A stretch of DNA of 39,507 nt from Candidatus Faecousia gallistercoris (GCA_018715965.1 DVKP01000202.1:1-39507), one strand, 5' to 3'. Counted from the stretch's first letter, positions 25,290-36,709 are shown. Notes: a model not told the origin generated them from the sequence alone. A program made the numbers and translations.

Positions 25290-25997
25290 TCACGGAAGGG
25301 CCTCCAAAAAGCGCAGCAGCTCTGCAAAGCTGCCCCTGGGACAATGGGGCGGCGTTCCCCGGCTGATGAGGCAGTCCGTCACTAGGAACGTGTCCAGTCC
25401 GGCGGCAGACGCCGCTTCCACGTCTTCCTGCACATCATTGCCGATCATGAGGCAGCGTTCTGCATCCAGATGCAGACGGTTTAAAATCTCCCGGTAATAT
25501 CCGGGATTGGGCTTACAGGTGCTGGAATTTTCATAGTCCGTCACCAGGTCAAAATCCTCCGGCGACAGCCCCACCCAGTTTAATCGGGTCCGTACCCCTG
25601 CCGGGGGAAACAGGGGATTGGTCGCCAGAACTACGGTACCGGCCTTGGCCCGGGCCAGGGCAACTGCCCGAGGCGCCTGGGGATTGGGCTCCGTGTAAAT
25701 CTGGGCCCGGCGGAACTCCCCGGCGTAAAACGCGTCAAAAACCGGAATATGATCATAGACCTGCTTCCCAAACGCCTGAGCGAAGCGCTCCCAAAACACA
25801 TCCCGGTTGGAGCGGACGCCTTGATTTTTTACCATGGCCCCTACCCCTTGCCACAGCGCGGAAACCAGGGCCTTTTCCTCATACCCATAGGGCGCCGCCG
25901 TCTGAGCCAGAAGGTGGAAATACCCCTGGGTAAACCGGTCGTTATCCATAGGCAGCAGCGTACCGTCTAAATCAAAGAAAATTGCCTGATACTTCAT
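25290..25997 (-). CDS. HAD-superfamily hydrolase
   Basis: FDLDGTL, LATNP, KPNP and MIGND...D motifs. Confidence 0.92.
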   Translation of the reverse strand: MKYQAIFFDLDGTLLPMDNDRFTQGYFHLLAQTAAPYGYEEKALVSALWQGVGAMVKNQGVRSNRDVFWERFAQAFGKQVYDHIPVFDAFYAGEFRRAQIYTEPNPQAPRAVALARAKAGTVVLATNPLFPPAGVRTRLNWVGLSPEDFDLVTDYENSSTCKPNPGYYREILNRLHLDAERCLMIGNDVQEDVEAASAAGLDTFLVTDCLISRGTPPHCPRGSFAELLRFLEALP

Positions 25998-26020
25998 AAA
26001 CGCCTCCAAAGAAAAACCGG

Positions 26021-26461
26021 TTAAGCTTTATATTTCTGGGACTCTGCCACGGCCATCTGGTCACATCGGTTGTTCTTAGGGTTCGTGCTGTGGCCCTTGA
26101 CCCAGTGACAACGGACCCGGTGGCATTGGAGCAGCGGCAGAAGCTCCTCCCATAGGTCCACATTGAGCGCCGGTTTCTTATCGGACTTGATCCAGCCGCG
26201 TTTTTTCCAGCCCCAGACCCATCCCTTTTCCAGCGCGTCAACCACATACTTGGAATCGGAGTACAGCTCGACTGCACAGGGCTCCTTCAGCTGCCGCAAC
26301 GCTTGTATCACCGCAGTGAGCTCCATTCGGTTGTTGGTCGTCTCCGGAGCGCCGCCGGAGAGTTCCCGCTCATGCCCCTGATATTCCAAAATCGCCCCCC
26401 AGCCGCCGGGGCCCGGGTTCCCGGAGCAAGCTCCATCGGTATAGACCGTGACCATTTTCAA
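26021..26461 (-). CDS. rnhA: Ribonuclease HI
   Basis: YTDGACSGNPGPGG, TTNNRMEL, SDSKYV, WVKGH and NNRCD. Confidence 0.97.
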   Translation of the reverse strand: MKMVTVYTDGACSGNPGPGGWGAILEYQGHERELSGGAPETTNNRMELTAVIQALRQLKEPCAVELYSDSKYVVDALEKGWVWGWKKRGWIKSDKKPALNVDLWEELLPLLQCHRVRCHWVKGHSTNPKNNRCDQMAVAESQKYKA

Positions 26462-27270
26462 GTGGATTCCCCCTCGGAGGCCGGCGGGTCCGTTTCCTCA
26501 AAGCCGCCCCCCAGCTTCCGGCGGCGGTGTATAGGCTTCTCTAAAGAGCATACCCCGGTGAACTGCCACAGAGCCATGGCGGCAAAGAACAGCCGATCCG
26601 TCCATCCTGCGTCTGCCAAGGAAACGCAGCTGAAATACACAGCCGCCATGGAGCAAAAAATAGACGCCCGGCGGCGCCCCCTGCCCAGGGGAAATCCTGC
26701 CAGCTGGTATGCCGCCAGCATCGCGAAGACACAGGCCAAAAGCTCAAAGCAGTAATCGCCCAGGAGCGGGTCCTTGCTCCAGTCCCGGAAGCGGCAGATG
26801 AGCAATGCCGCCAGGTACAGACATACCAGCATCCCCGCCGGCGCCGATGCCCGGCCGGAAACACGCAGATATCCCTGGAACGCCAAGGCAAAAGCGGCGC
26901 CCACACCCAAAACATAGACCACAATGGAAAACAGATCCGTGTGATTCAGCAAATTCACAATGGAGTAGACAAACAGCCCTGCCGCCGACAGGACCGCACA
27001 CACGGCCGGAATCTTGGCGGCCTTAAAATTTTCCTCCAAGCCGGAGCGCTTTCCCATGCCCAGGCACAGAACGGCCAGTCCTATCAGCACCAGGCCGGAC
27101 AAAACCCACAAAGAGACATAGGGCCAGCTGCCTGTAATCTGTACGCCCTGGCTATCGTATCCCACTGCCAGCATTTGCAAACGCAAAAAGAAGCCCGCCA
27201 GGCCTCCCACCAACACGAACACAGGGATGGGAAGCGGGCCAATTTTTTGATCCTTCATGTTATCATCCAT
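26458..27270 (-). CDS. Hypothetical multi-pass membrane protein
   Basis: About 8-9 hydrophobic segments; translationally coupled to rnhA. Confidence 0.75.
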   Translation of the reverse strand: MDDNMKDQKIGPLPIPVFVLVGGLAGFFLRLQMLAVGYDSQGVQITGSWPYVSLWVLSGLVLIGLAVLCLGMGKRSGLEENFKAAKIPAVCAVLSAAGLFVYSIVNLLNHTDLFSIVVYVLGVGAAFALAFQGYLRVSGRASAPAGMLVCLYLAALLICRFRDWSKDPLLGDYCFELLACVFAMLAAYQLAGFPLGRGRRRASIFCSMAAVYFSCVSLADAGWTDRLFFAAMALWQFTGVCSLEKPIHRRRKLGGGFEETDPPASEGEST

Positions 27271-27426
27271 CCTTTTCTCGCCATTCAGCAAGCACAATCT
27301 TTCTCACATACAAGAAACAGAGCTATTATAGCACACCATCGGCAGAAAGGGAACGGATGCCGGAAATTTTTTCTCCGCCTCTTGTATTTCTGTCTCCGGT
27401 GGTATATCCTGTGAAAAAAGGAGTTG

Positions 27427-27885
27427 ATGCAATTGAAAACACCGCGTTTGGTCCTTTCCATTTTGCAATGGCTGGTTTACGGCATCTGTGTGGCAGACGG
27501 CATCTGCATCGTCCGGGACCTGACCTTTTTAGGAAAAATCGGCGGTAATCTCATGACCGGTCTGTTTTTTGTCATCTTGGCGTTGCGCCTATGGTGGGTC
27601 TGGAGGGAAAGAGACCGGCACGGCATGATCCGGCTGCGGAACTACGCGTTGGGCGTACTGTGTCTGTCCCTGCTTTTCCTCACGGTCTGGCTGCTGCTGT
27701 GGAGCAGCAACCGGCTGGTATACGAGGCTGCCCTGTATTTGCTGATCCTTGTATCGGCTCCGCTGCCCTCTTGTTCCGTTTTGTTCCTGCCTGTGCTGGG
27801 CTGGGCCCTTCTCTTGGTCAGCGCGTGGACCGTCAACCGGAAGTGGAAGAGAGAATCCCGTAAAAAGAGGCCCGAACCGCAATAA
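27427..27885 (+). CDS. Hypothetical membrane protein
   Basis: 4-5 TM segments and an AAAGGAG RBS. Confidence 0.7.
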   Translation: MQLKTPRLVLSILQWLVYGICVADGICIVRDLTFLGKIGGNLMTGLFFVILALRLWWVWRERDRHGMIRLRNYALGVLCLSLLFLTVWLLLWSSNRLVYEAALYLLILVSAPLPSCSVLFLPVLGWALLLVSAWTVNRKWKRESRKKRPEPQ

Positions 27886-27889
27886 ACCG

Positions 27890-27918
27890 TTGCCTTTTGC
27901 CGGAGCATTTTGTACAAT
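27890..27918 (+). promoter_or_regulatory. Putative sigma-A promoter of the methylase-kinase pair
   Basis: TTGCCT-17bp-TACAAT. Confidence 0.55.
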
Positions 27919-27965
27919 AAGAACCAATTCGACGCCGTTTCAGACGGCAGACGGGAGCGAAAGAG

Positions 27966-29093
27966 ATGGAAGCAATGACCTTTGTGGTACCATGCCTGTT
28001 CGGCCTGGAGGGGCTGGCAGCGGAGGAGCTGCGGCGGCTGGGACTGGAGCAAGTCCTGGCGGAAAACGGTAGAGTTTTGTTTCAGGGGGGAGCCGAGGCC
28101 ATGGCCATGGCCAATCTCTGGCTGCGGACCGGCGAGCGGGTGCTGCTGCGCCTGGCCAGCGGTCCCGCCCGGACCTTTGAGGAGCTGTTTCAGACCGTCG
28201 CCTCGTCTCCTCTGGAACAGGTGATTCCAAAAGACGGCAAATTCCCGGTAAAGGGACATTGCCTGAACAGCCAACTGCATTCCGTACCGGATTGCCAGGC
28301 AATTGTGAAACGGGCAGCCGCTCAGCGGCTGGGTGAGCAATACGGCTTGACCTGGCTTCCTGAGACAGGCGCTTTGTATCAGCTCCAGTTTTCCCTGATG
28401 CACGACCGGTTCGAGCTGTTTTTGGATACCACCGGTCCTGGACTCCACAAGCGGGGCTACCGGGCCGTGGGCAACGACGCACCCCTGCGGGAGACGCTGG
28501 CCGCCGGTATGATCCAGTTGACCAAATACCGGGGGCGGGATTTCTTCTGGGACCCCTTCTGCGGTTCCGGCACCATTCCCATTGAGGCCGCCCTCATTGC
28601 CAAAAACCGGGCGCCCGGGCTTAGCCGCCCATTTGCAGCCGAGCAGTTTGCCTGGATCGACCCCTCCCTCTTTCCCCGGCTTCGCCGGGAGGCCCCCGAC
28701 CGGGAATACCGGGGAGACTACCGGATTCTCGGTTCCGACCTGGATTCCAAGTGCGTCAGCCTCTCCATGGCCAACGCCAAAAAGGCCGGCGTCGGCAAGC
28801 TGATCGCATTTCAGCAGGCCGATGCGACCAAGGCCCCCCTCCCGGCCCAGGAGGGACTTCTGGTGTGCAACCCGCCCTATGGCCAGCGGATGCTGGAGCA
28901 GCGCCAGGCGCAGGCATTGATGCAGCAATTGGGCCGTCATCTGAAATTCGCCGACGGCTGGAAAACCTGCATCATCTCCTCCGAACCGGAATTTGAGCGC
29001 TACTTCGGCCGGCGGGCGGACAAGCGCCGGAAGCTATACAACGGGATGATCCGTTGCGAGTATTACATGTACCTGGGAGGCAGGCGGAGATGA
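27966..29093 (+). CDS. THUMP-domain SAM-dependent RNA methyltransferase (RlmL/YpsC type)
   Basis: FGLE, NLWLRT, GLHKRGYR, APLRETLAA, DPFCGSGT, NPPYG and KLYNG. Confidence 0.93.
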   Translation: MEAMTFVVPCLFGLEGLAAEELRRLGLEQVLAENGRVLFQGGAEAMAMANLWLRTGERVLLRLASGPARTFEELFQTVASSPLEQVIPKDGKFPVKGHCLNSQLHSVPDCQAIVKRAAAQRLGEQYGLTWLPETGALYQLQFSLMHDRFELFLDTTGPGLHKRGYRAVGNDAPLRETLAAGMIQLTKYRGRDFFWDPFCGSGTIPIEAALIAKNRAPGLSRPFAAEQFAWIDPSLFPRLRREAPDREYRGDYRILGSDLDSKCVSLSMANAKKAGVGKLIAFQQADATKAPLPAQEGLLVCNPPYGQRMLEQRQAQALMQQLGRHLKFADGWKTCIISSEPEFERYFGRRADKRRKLYNGMIRCEYYMYLGGRRR

Positions 29094-30037
29094 GGCACCT
29101 GTTTCTCATAAATCCTGCCGCCGGAAAAAGGGACCGGACCCGGGAATACCAGGCTCGGATTGCAGCCGCCTGCAGCAACCTGGAATATGAAGTGCTGGTC
29201 TCTCAAAAGCCCGGCGATCTCACCGCCTGGTCCAGGCGGGCTGCAGCCTCCGGAGAGGAGCTTCGCCTCTATGCCTGCGGCGGGGACGGGACGCTCAACG
29301 AGGTGGTCAACGGCATCGCCGGGTTTTCCAATGCCGCAGTGACCCATTTTCCCGGCGGCTCTGGAAACGACTTCATTAAAATTTTTAACGATCCCGCCTT
29401 ATTTTCAAATCTGCACGCTCTGCTGGACCCTAAGGAGACAGAATTTGATCTGATATCCTGCAATGCCGACTATGCCATCAACGTCTGTTCCCTGGGCCTG
29501 GACGCCCGCATCGGCACGGAAATCGCCCGGTACAAGCGGCTCCCCCTGGTCACGGGAACCGGCGCGTACGCGCTCTCCGCCCTGGTCAACGTCGTACGGG
29601 GTATCCACCGGCCCTACCGCGTCACCTGGGACGGGGAAAGCTTGGACGGGGAGCTCACCATGATTTTTGCGGGAAACGGACGCTGGTACGGAGGCGGCTT
29701 CCACCCGGTTCCGGACGCCGACCCCTGCGACGGCCTGCTGGACGTGCTGCTGGTGCAGCCGGTCTCCCGTCTCCAGGTGGCCGCCATCATCGGGAAATAC
29801 AAGCGGGGCCGGTATGCCGACTACCCGGAGCTCATTCGCCATATCCGCACCAAATCCCTGGAGATACAATGTCCCACACCGTCTGCAGTCAATTTGGACG
29901 GTGAGCTTCGCATAGCGCAGCAGATTCGAATTCAAGTGGCCAAAGAGCGTATCCGCTTTTTCTACCCCAAAGCCCTCACCTGGAATCTCCTGCCGGACGG
30001 CTGTGCGGCCGTCCCATCCGGAGAAGCAGGACTCTAA
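29090..30037 (+). CDS. Diacylglycerol/lipid kinase family protein (YegS/BmrU/DagK)
   Basis: INPAAG, GGDGTLNEVVNG, GSGNDF, YGGG and NLDGE. Confidence 0.93.
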   Translation: MRHLFLINPAAGKRDRTREYQARIAAACSNLEYEVLVSQKPGDLTAWSRRAAASGEELRLYACGGDGTLNEVVNGIAGFSNAAVTHFPGGSGNDFIKIFNDPALFSNLHALLDPKETEFDLISCNADYAINVCSLGLDARIGTEIARYKRLPLVTGTGAYALSALVNVVRGIHRPYRVTWDGESLDGELTMIFAGNGRWYGGGFHPVPDADPCDGLLDVLLVQPVSRLQVAAIIGKYKRGRYADYPELIRHIRTKSLEIQCPTPSAVNLDGELRIAQQIRIQVAKERIRFFYPKALTWNLLPDGCAAVPSGEAGL

Positions 30038-30062
30038 CCGGCGGAGGCCTCCGCCGGTTTTG
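30036..30062 (+). terminator. Terminator after the lipid kinase gene
   Basis: Palindrome AACCGGCGGAGGCCTCCGCCGGTT followed by T residues. Confidence 0.7.
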
Positions 30063-30173
30063 TCATGGGAGGATTTTCCGGCTGTGCACGTATTGTCCAC
30101 ACCCGGAGCGGGGATACTAGGAAGACCGTGCCATTGTTCATAAAATTTTAACGGAAAAACATGGAATTTCCTC

Positions 30174-30202
30174 TTGCATTTTGCTTACGGTTGCGCTATG
30201 AT
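30174..30202 (+). promoter_or_regulatory. Sigma-A promoter of groESL
   Basis: TTGCAT-17bp-TATGAT. Confidence 0.75.
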
Positions 30203-30209
30203 ATGGGCG

Positions 30210-30236
30210 TTAGCACTCAAGAGAAAAGAGTGCTAA
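30210..30236. promoter_or_regulatory. CIRCE element (HrcA operator)
   Basis: Perfect TTAGCACTC-N9-GAGTGCTAA. Confidence 0.97.
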
Positions 30237-30310
30237 CCCGACAAATTCTGTATACCGCCGCGGCGGGGTTCCGCCCTGCCGCAATTCAATACTTTTGGAG
30301 GTAATCAATT

Positions 30311-32235
<1,925 letters not shown>

Positions 32236-32258
32236 TCTCTCTTTTGCAGTGCTTTTTC

Positions 32259-32292
32259 CCCGCCGGAGCTTTTGCTCCGGCGGGCTTTCTTT
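32259..32292 (+). terminator. Terminator after groEL
   Basis: CCCGCCGGAGC-TTTT-GCTCCGGCGGG followed by CTTTCTTT. Confidence 0.8.
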
Positions 32293-32320
32293 GAGCCCGC
32301 CGACAGACACCCAACTAAAC

Positions 32321-32356
32321 TAAAATGTACCCCTGTGTGCGAGCACACAGGGGTAC
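32321..32356 (-). terminator. Terminator after rpiB
   Basis: GTACCCCTGTGTGC-GA-GCACACAGGGGTAC hairpin, T-rich downstream on the minus strand. Confidence 0.7.
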
Positions 32357-32387
32357 CGGATTTTATCGGGATCATATGGGATTTGCA

Positions 32388-32828
32388 CTATTCCAAATCC
32401 ATCAATTTTTGGACACGGCGGGCGTGGCGGCCGCCTTCAAACTCCGTCGTAAGCCAGACATCCACCAGCTCCAGCGCCAGCTTTTCCCCCACCACGCCGG
32501 CGCCTAAGGCCATCATATTGGTGTCATTGTGCTGCCGAGTGAGGCGGGCGCTCATCAGATCGGACAACAGCGCGCAACGAATTCCCCGAACCTTATTGGC
32601 CGCAATGCATACGCCAATTCCCGTCGTGCAGATGACAATGCCCCGATCGCAAGCGCCCCGGGCCACCGCTTGCGCCGCAGGCGCTGCAAAATCGGGATAG
32701 TCGCAGCTCTCCTGGGAATCTGTACCGAAGTCCTCCACCTGATGTCCCAATGCCTCCAAATGCTCTCTCACCGCCCGTTTTAGGGTGAGGCCACCGTGAT
32801 CACACGCCAGGGAAATTTTCATCTTCAA
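32388..32828 (-). CDS. rpiB: Ribose-5-phosphate isomerase B
   Basis: ACDHGG, DYPD, ICTTGIG, ANKVRGIR, HND and FEGGRH. Confidence 0.96.
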   Translation of the reverse strand: MKMKISLACDHGGLTLKRAVREHLEALGHQVEDFGTDSQESCDYPDFAAPAAQAVARGACDRGIVICTTGIGVCIAANKVRGIRCALLSDLMSARLTRQHNDTNMMALGAGVVGEKLALELVDVWLTTEFEGGRHARRVQKLMDLE

Positions 32829-32845
32829 ATCCTCCTGTATTTGTA

Positions 32846-33547
32846 TTACGTGATAACAAATCCGCCGTTGACCGCCAGAATTTGTCCTGTGATAAAGTCC
32901 GCATCCGCCAAATAAATCATGGCGCCCACTACATCCTCCGGTTTCCCATTTCTCCCCAGAGGCGTCTCCTCCCGTAAAGATTCCAAAATCTCCGGCGCCA
33001 CCTGGGCAGTCATATCCGTTAAAATGACGCCGGGAGCAATTGCGTTCACCCGAATCCCGGAGGGGCCCAGCTCCTTGGCCAAAGCCTTGGTCAGCGCCAA
33101 AAGCGCTCCCTTGGAAGCCGAGTACGCCACCTCACAGGAGGCCCCTACCTGTCCCCACATACTGGACACATTGATGATACAGCCCCGATGCTTTTGCAAA
33201 AAAAGATGGGTTGCCGCATTGGCGCATAGGTATGCTCCTTTGACATTCACGTCAAAAATCCGGTCCCAAACCTCCGGCGGCGTTTGGGCCAAGAGACCAT
33301 AGTGGCAAATGCCCGCATTGTTGATCAGCACATCCAGCTCTTTCAGTCCGGCAAACGCTTGGGCCACAGCGGCAGCCTGGGAAACGTCCACGCAAACGGC
33401 AGTCGCTCCCGTCTCCTCTGCAATCCGCCGGGCCGACTCGTGATTTTTCTCATAAAAAAAGGTAACCCGGTCTCCCCGGGCAGCAAATGCGCGAACTGCA
33501 GCCGCGCCGATTCCCCGGGAGCCGCCGGTGATCAAAACAGATGCCAT
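32846..33547 (-). CDS. SDR oxidoreductase, YmfI/FabG-like (possible EF-P 5-aminopentanone reductase)
   Basis: TGGSRGIG, NNAG and SSMWGQVGASCEVAYSASK (YmfI-like signature with YxxxK). Confidence 0.85.
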   Translation of the reverse strand: MASVLITGGSRGIGAAAVRAFAARGDRVTFFYEKNHESARRIAEETGATAVCVDVSQAAAVAQAFAGLKELDVLINNAGICHYGLLAQTPPEVWDRIFDVNVKGAYLCANAATHLFLQKHRGCIINVSSMWGQVGASCEVAYSASKGALLALTKALAKELGPSGIRVNAIAPGVILTDMTAQVAPEILESLREETPLGRNGKPEDVVGAMIYLADADFITGQILAVNGGFVIT

Positions 33548-33596
33548 AGGCGTCTACTCCTTTTGTCAGGCTACGCCTCTTTCCAGACGCGATTTG

Positions 33597-33626
33597 AAAA
33601 AACAGGGGACCACGTGGGTCCCCTGT
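33597..33626 (-). terminator. Terminator after the S1-domain gene
   Basis: ACAGGGGACC...GGTCCCCTGT hairpin followed by T6 on the minus strand. Confidence 0.75.
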
Positions 33627-33640
33627 GCGGTTGTTCCTCA

Positions 33641-34099
33641 TCACCGGCGCCGGTTTTTGGTGCGGTGATCCGTATACTGCCGCAGGGAGGAAATTTTACT
33701 GTCGGACTCAGACATGAACTGCTTCAGCCGCTCTTCAAAAATCTGATCCGAGGATTTGGCTACCGTAGCCTGTGTGGGCGTAGGCGTACCGGTGCGGGCA
33801 TTTCCCTGCCGGGCCGCCCGGGGGCGGTCATTTCCACCTCGCTGCCGGCTGGAAACCGCCGGTTTGGGCTCCAACCGCTTCATGGATAGGTTGATTTTCC
33901 CCGCCGGGTCTAAGGCAATGATCATAACCTTAACTTCCTGCCCCTCCGTCAGATACTGACGGATATCGCTGACATAGGCATTGGCCACTTCAGAGATATG
34001 TACCATGCCTGTCTTATTCTCCGGCAAGGCGATAAACGCGCCGAAGTTGGTGATGCTTTTTACCTTACCTTCGATGATGGCTCCAACTGTCAAATCCAT
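33641..34099 (-). CDS. yabR: S1 RNA-binding domain protein (YabR/YugI type)
   Basis: GKVKSITNFGAF, GMVHISEVA, KINLSMK and FEERLKQFMSES. Lies downstream of divIC. Confidence 0.9.
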   Translation of the reverse strand: MDLTVGAIIEGKVKSITNFGAFIALPENKTGMVHISEVANAYVSDIRQYLTEGQEVKVMIIALDPAGKINLSMKRLEPKPAVSSRQRGGNDRPRAARQGNARTGTPTPTQATVAKSSDQIFEERLKQFMSESDSKISSLRQYTDHRTKNRRR

Positions 34100-34153
34100 A
34101 CTGTGAAATTAGTCCTCCTCAAAAATACAGACGCTGGCTTCCAGGCCCGCAAT

Positions 34154-34444
34154 TTATTCTCCCACATCAGAAAAAATAATTTCCCCATTTCCCACCAGAC
34201 CCAGCTTATCCCGGGCGATTTTCTTTACGCTTTCGTCGGAATCCAGTCCCTCGATGTCGGCCTGAAGGCTCTGATTTTCCTGCTGCAGCGCGGATGCCTG
34301 ATTGACCAACTCCTGGTACTGCTCCTGATTGGTCCGGATTTGATTCCGCTGAGATACCAGGATAACAGTAGCGGATACCACCACCAACAGAACGACCACC
34401 TTGGTCAGCAGGGAAGATCTGCGGAATTTCACGGGTAATTTCAT
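34154..34444 (-). CDS. divIC: Septum formation initiator DivIC/FtsB family
   Basis: TM, then coiled coil, then IARDKLGLVGNGEIIF. Syntenic with yabPQ. Confidence 0.88.
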   Translation of the reverse strand: MKLPVKFRRSSLLTKVVVLLVVVSATVILVSQRNQIRTNQEQYQELVNQASALQQENQSLQADIEGLDSDESVKKIARDKLGLVGNGEIIFSDVGE

Positions 34445-34907
34445 ATTGTTTCCCTCCAGAGTGGGCGCCACGGCGACGTTCGCGGCGTCTATTACCGATT
34501 ATTTTAACCCATTTGCGCCCAATTGAAAAGAGAAATTTTAAGAATTTTTTGATTTTTTTCAACAGAGCACCAAGCGGCCACCAGATTATCTTCCATATTC
34601 TTCCAATTAGACTCCAAAACCAGCGAAATGCCCGCCGCAAAGGACTCGATACCGTCACACCGTACACGCCTGCCCCAGCGCCCAAGCCCAAAAGCTGAAA
34701 CAGCTGCAATCGGCCATGACACAGGGCCAGGCCCAAATACGCCAGCGTCCATACTGTGAAAGCCAAAAAAAGTAAATCTGCGGGAACGGTAGCCCGGGGA
34801 CACAGCCGTCGCAGTTCCCGCAGAAAGTCATAAAGCAAAGCCAAGCCGGCGCCCATGCCCAAGGCCCACACAAACCACAGCGCCTGCTCCGCAACCGCCG
34901 GGGCCAT
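34206..34907 (-). CDS. yabQ: Spore cortex biosynthesis protein YabQ (C-terminal tail overlaps divIC)
   Basis: G..LALLYDFLR, DLLF and G.LQLF..LG...G...Y pattern. Directly follows yabP. Confidence 0.82.
   Translation of the reverse strand: MAPAVAEQALWFVWALGMGAGLALLYDFLRELRRLCPRATVPADLLFLAFTVWTLAYLGLALCHGRLQLFQLLGLGAGAGVYGVTVSSPLRRAFRWFWSLIGRIWKIIWWPLGALLKKIKKFLKFLFSIGRKWVKIIGNRRRERRRGAHSGGKQYEITREIPQIFPADQGGRSVGGGIRYCYPGISAESNPDQSGAVPGVGQSGIRAAAGKSEPSGRHRGTGFRRKRKENRPG
34501..34529 (-). promoter_or_regulatory. Putative internal sigma-A promoter for divIC inside yabQ
   Basis: Minus strand TTTTCA-17bp-TAAAAT with an A-rich upstream tract, about 55 nt before the divIC ATG. Confidence 0.5.
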
Positions 34908-35188
34908 CAGCCAAACAGGCGGGAGAAAAATCCCCCTTCCCGCCGGGGCTCCTCATAAATCAGAGCTGTAATTGTGCCGTCCACCGCCACCTGCCCGCCG
35001 TCCAGAGACAGCGTCTTCAGGTGCAGATCCTGACCCCGTACCAATAAAGTTCCCCGGGCAGTACGGAGCACCACGGCATTTTCCTCAAAACTCACAACCT
35101 CCACAACACCGGAAACTGCCAGCTTCTTCCGTTCCTCTAAACTCAGCTTATGGGGCTGCTGCAGCCCCTTGTCCTCCCCTTGTGCCAT
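34907..35188 (-). CDS. yabP: Sporulation protein YabP
   Basis: HKLSLEERKKLAVSGVVEVVSFEE...G.LLVRGQDLH...GFFSRLFG. GGAGG RBS before ATG 35188. Confidence 0.92.
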   Translation of the reverse strand: MAQGEDKGLQQPHKLSLEERKKLAVSGVVEVVSFEENAVVLRTARGTLLVRGQDLHLKTLSLDGGQVAVDGTITALIYEEPRREGGFFSRLFG

Positions 35189-35217
35189 CTGCCACGCCTC
35201 CTGTCTGGTTTGTTTCC

Positions 35218-35246
35218 AGTGTATGCCGGGCAGAGGCGAGGTAGAC
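35218..35246 (-). promoter_or_regulatory. Putative sigma-E promoter of yabPQ
   Basis: Minus strand GTCTAC-15bp-CATACACT. yabPQ is sigma-E dependent in B. subtilis. Confidence 0.6.
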
Positions 35247-35253
35247 GTAAAAT

Positions 35254-36159
35254 TTAGCCGACTGTTCCCTTCAGTCGATCCAACACCTTTTGGAAATACG
35301 GCGGCAAGGGCGCCGTCACGATCACCGGCAGCCCGGTTCTGGGGTGGCAAAAGCAGAGCGTGGTGGCATGCAGGCATTGAGACTCCTGCCCCAGCTCCGG
35401 TTTCTTCCGGCCGTACACACAGTCCCCCAGGATTGGATGTCCGATATACGCCATGTGCACGCGAATTTGATGGGTCCTGCCTGTCTCCAGACGGCAGCGG
35501 ACATGCGTGTATCCCCGGTACCGGGCAACCACCTCCCAGTGGGTTACCGCAGACCGGCCCTGGTCCGTCACTGCCATTCGCTTCCGGTCCGAAGGATGGC
35601 GGCCAATGGGCGCATTCACGGTTCCCCGGTCCTCCTTCAGATTTCCGCAAACGATAGCCTCATAGGTTCTGGCCAAGGTATGGTCCTTCAATTGGCTGGC
35701 CAAAACCGTATGGGCCAAGTCGTTTTTCGCCACCACAATAAGACCCGAGGTGTCCTTATCGATACGATGGACAATGCCCGGCCGCAGAACGCCGTTGATG
35801 CCGGACAAAGACGCGCCCCGGGCATACAACAGTCCATTGACCAGGGTATCGCTCCAATGCCCCGCAGCAGGATGTACCACCAAGCCCTTGGGCTTGTTGA
35901 TGACCAAAATATCCTCATCCTCGTAGGCGATCTCCAAATCCATCGGAGTCGGAGAAATCTGCAACGGCTCCGGCTCCGGGCAGTCCACCTGGATCACATC
36001 CCCCACCCGGGTCCGGTAATTCTTCTTCACCGGTTTCCCGTTGCAGGTGACACACCCGGTTGCAAGAAGATTTTGCGCTCCGCTCCGGCTCAAACCGGGC
36101 ACCATCTGGGACAGGAACTGGTCGATTCTCAGTCCCTCCGCCTCACACATCAGAGTCAT
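35254..36159 (-). CDS. rluD: RluA/RluD-family pseudouridine synthase
   Basis: N-terminal S4 domain, NKPKGLVVHP, VHRIDKDTSG, ETGRTHQIRVH and HPILGD. Confidence 0.93.
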   Translation of the reverse strand: MTLMCEAEGLRIDQFLSQMVPGLSRSGAQNLLATGCVTCNGKPVKKNYRTRVGDVIQVDCPEPEPLQISPTPMDLEIAYEDEDILVINKPKGLVVHPAAGHWSDTLVNGLLYARGASLSGINGVLRPGIVHRIDKDTSGLIVVAKNDLAHTVLASQLKDHTLARTYEAIVCGNLKEDRGTVNAPIGRHPSDRKRMAVTDQGRSAVTHWEVVARYRGYTHVRCRLETGRTHQIRVHMAYIGHPILGDCVYGRKKPELGQESQCLHATTLCFCHPRTGLPVIVTAPLPPYFQKVLDRLKGTVG

Positions 36160-36646
36160 GACGTTTCTCCATCTTCTTATCGTCCCGCCAGAAGCTCCGG
36201 TTCCAAAATGCCAAATGCACCAGCAAGCCGATGGCGCCGCAGGTAATGAAGCAATCGGCCACGTTAAACACCGGAAACTGAATGAAATCCGTTGCGAACA
36301 GATCTACCACATAGCCCCGGAACACGCGGTCGATGATATTGCCCAAGCCGCCCCCCAGCGCCGCCGCCAGGCACCACAGCTCAAACCGGGAAAAAGGCAG
36401 GACCTTTTTATGCATGCCCCAAATCAGCAATGCCACAAATACGACAAATACAACAATAAACAGCCATCGCTGCCCCTCAAAAACGGAAAAGGCCGCGCCG
36501 TAATTTTGTACATAAGTCAAATGCAGGACCCCATCCCAAAGGGGAACAAAACCGCCGTATGGAATATGTTTGACCACAAAGTACTTGCTGATCTGATCTG
36601 CCACTGCAATGAGCAGGGCAAACAGCCCCAAGGGAATATAGCTCAT
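36143..36646 (-). CDS. lspA: Lipoprotein signal peptidase II
   Basis: DQISK, NYGAAFS, GGLGNIIDR, VVD and FNVAD. Confidence 0.95.
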   Translation of the reverse strand: MSYIPLGLFALLIAVADQISKYFVVKHIPYGGFVPLWDGVLHLTYVQNYGAAFSVFEGQRWLFIVVFVVFVALLIWGMHKKVLPFSRFELWCLAAALGGGLGNIIDRVFRGYVVDLFATDFIQFPVFNVADCFITCGAIGLLVHLAFWNRSFWRDDKKMEKRHDSDV

Positions 36647-36709
36647 ACAAAGCCGCCCTTTCTGTCGTAAGATTAATTTATTCTCCACCAGACCGGCAGA
36701 ATTAACGAT

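Noticed and set aside
35188-35650. 247-aa extended version of yabP from the ORF track
   Set aside because: The extension overlaps rluD out of frame; the real start is ATG 35188 with its own RBS and sigma-E-like promoter.
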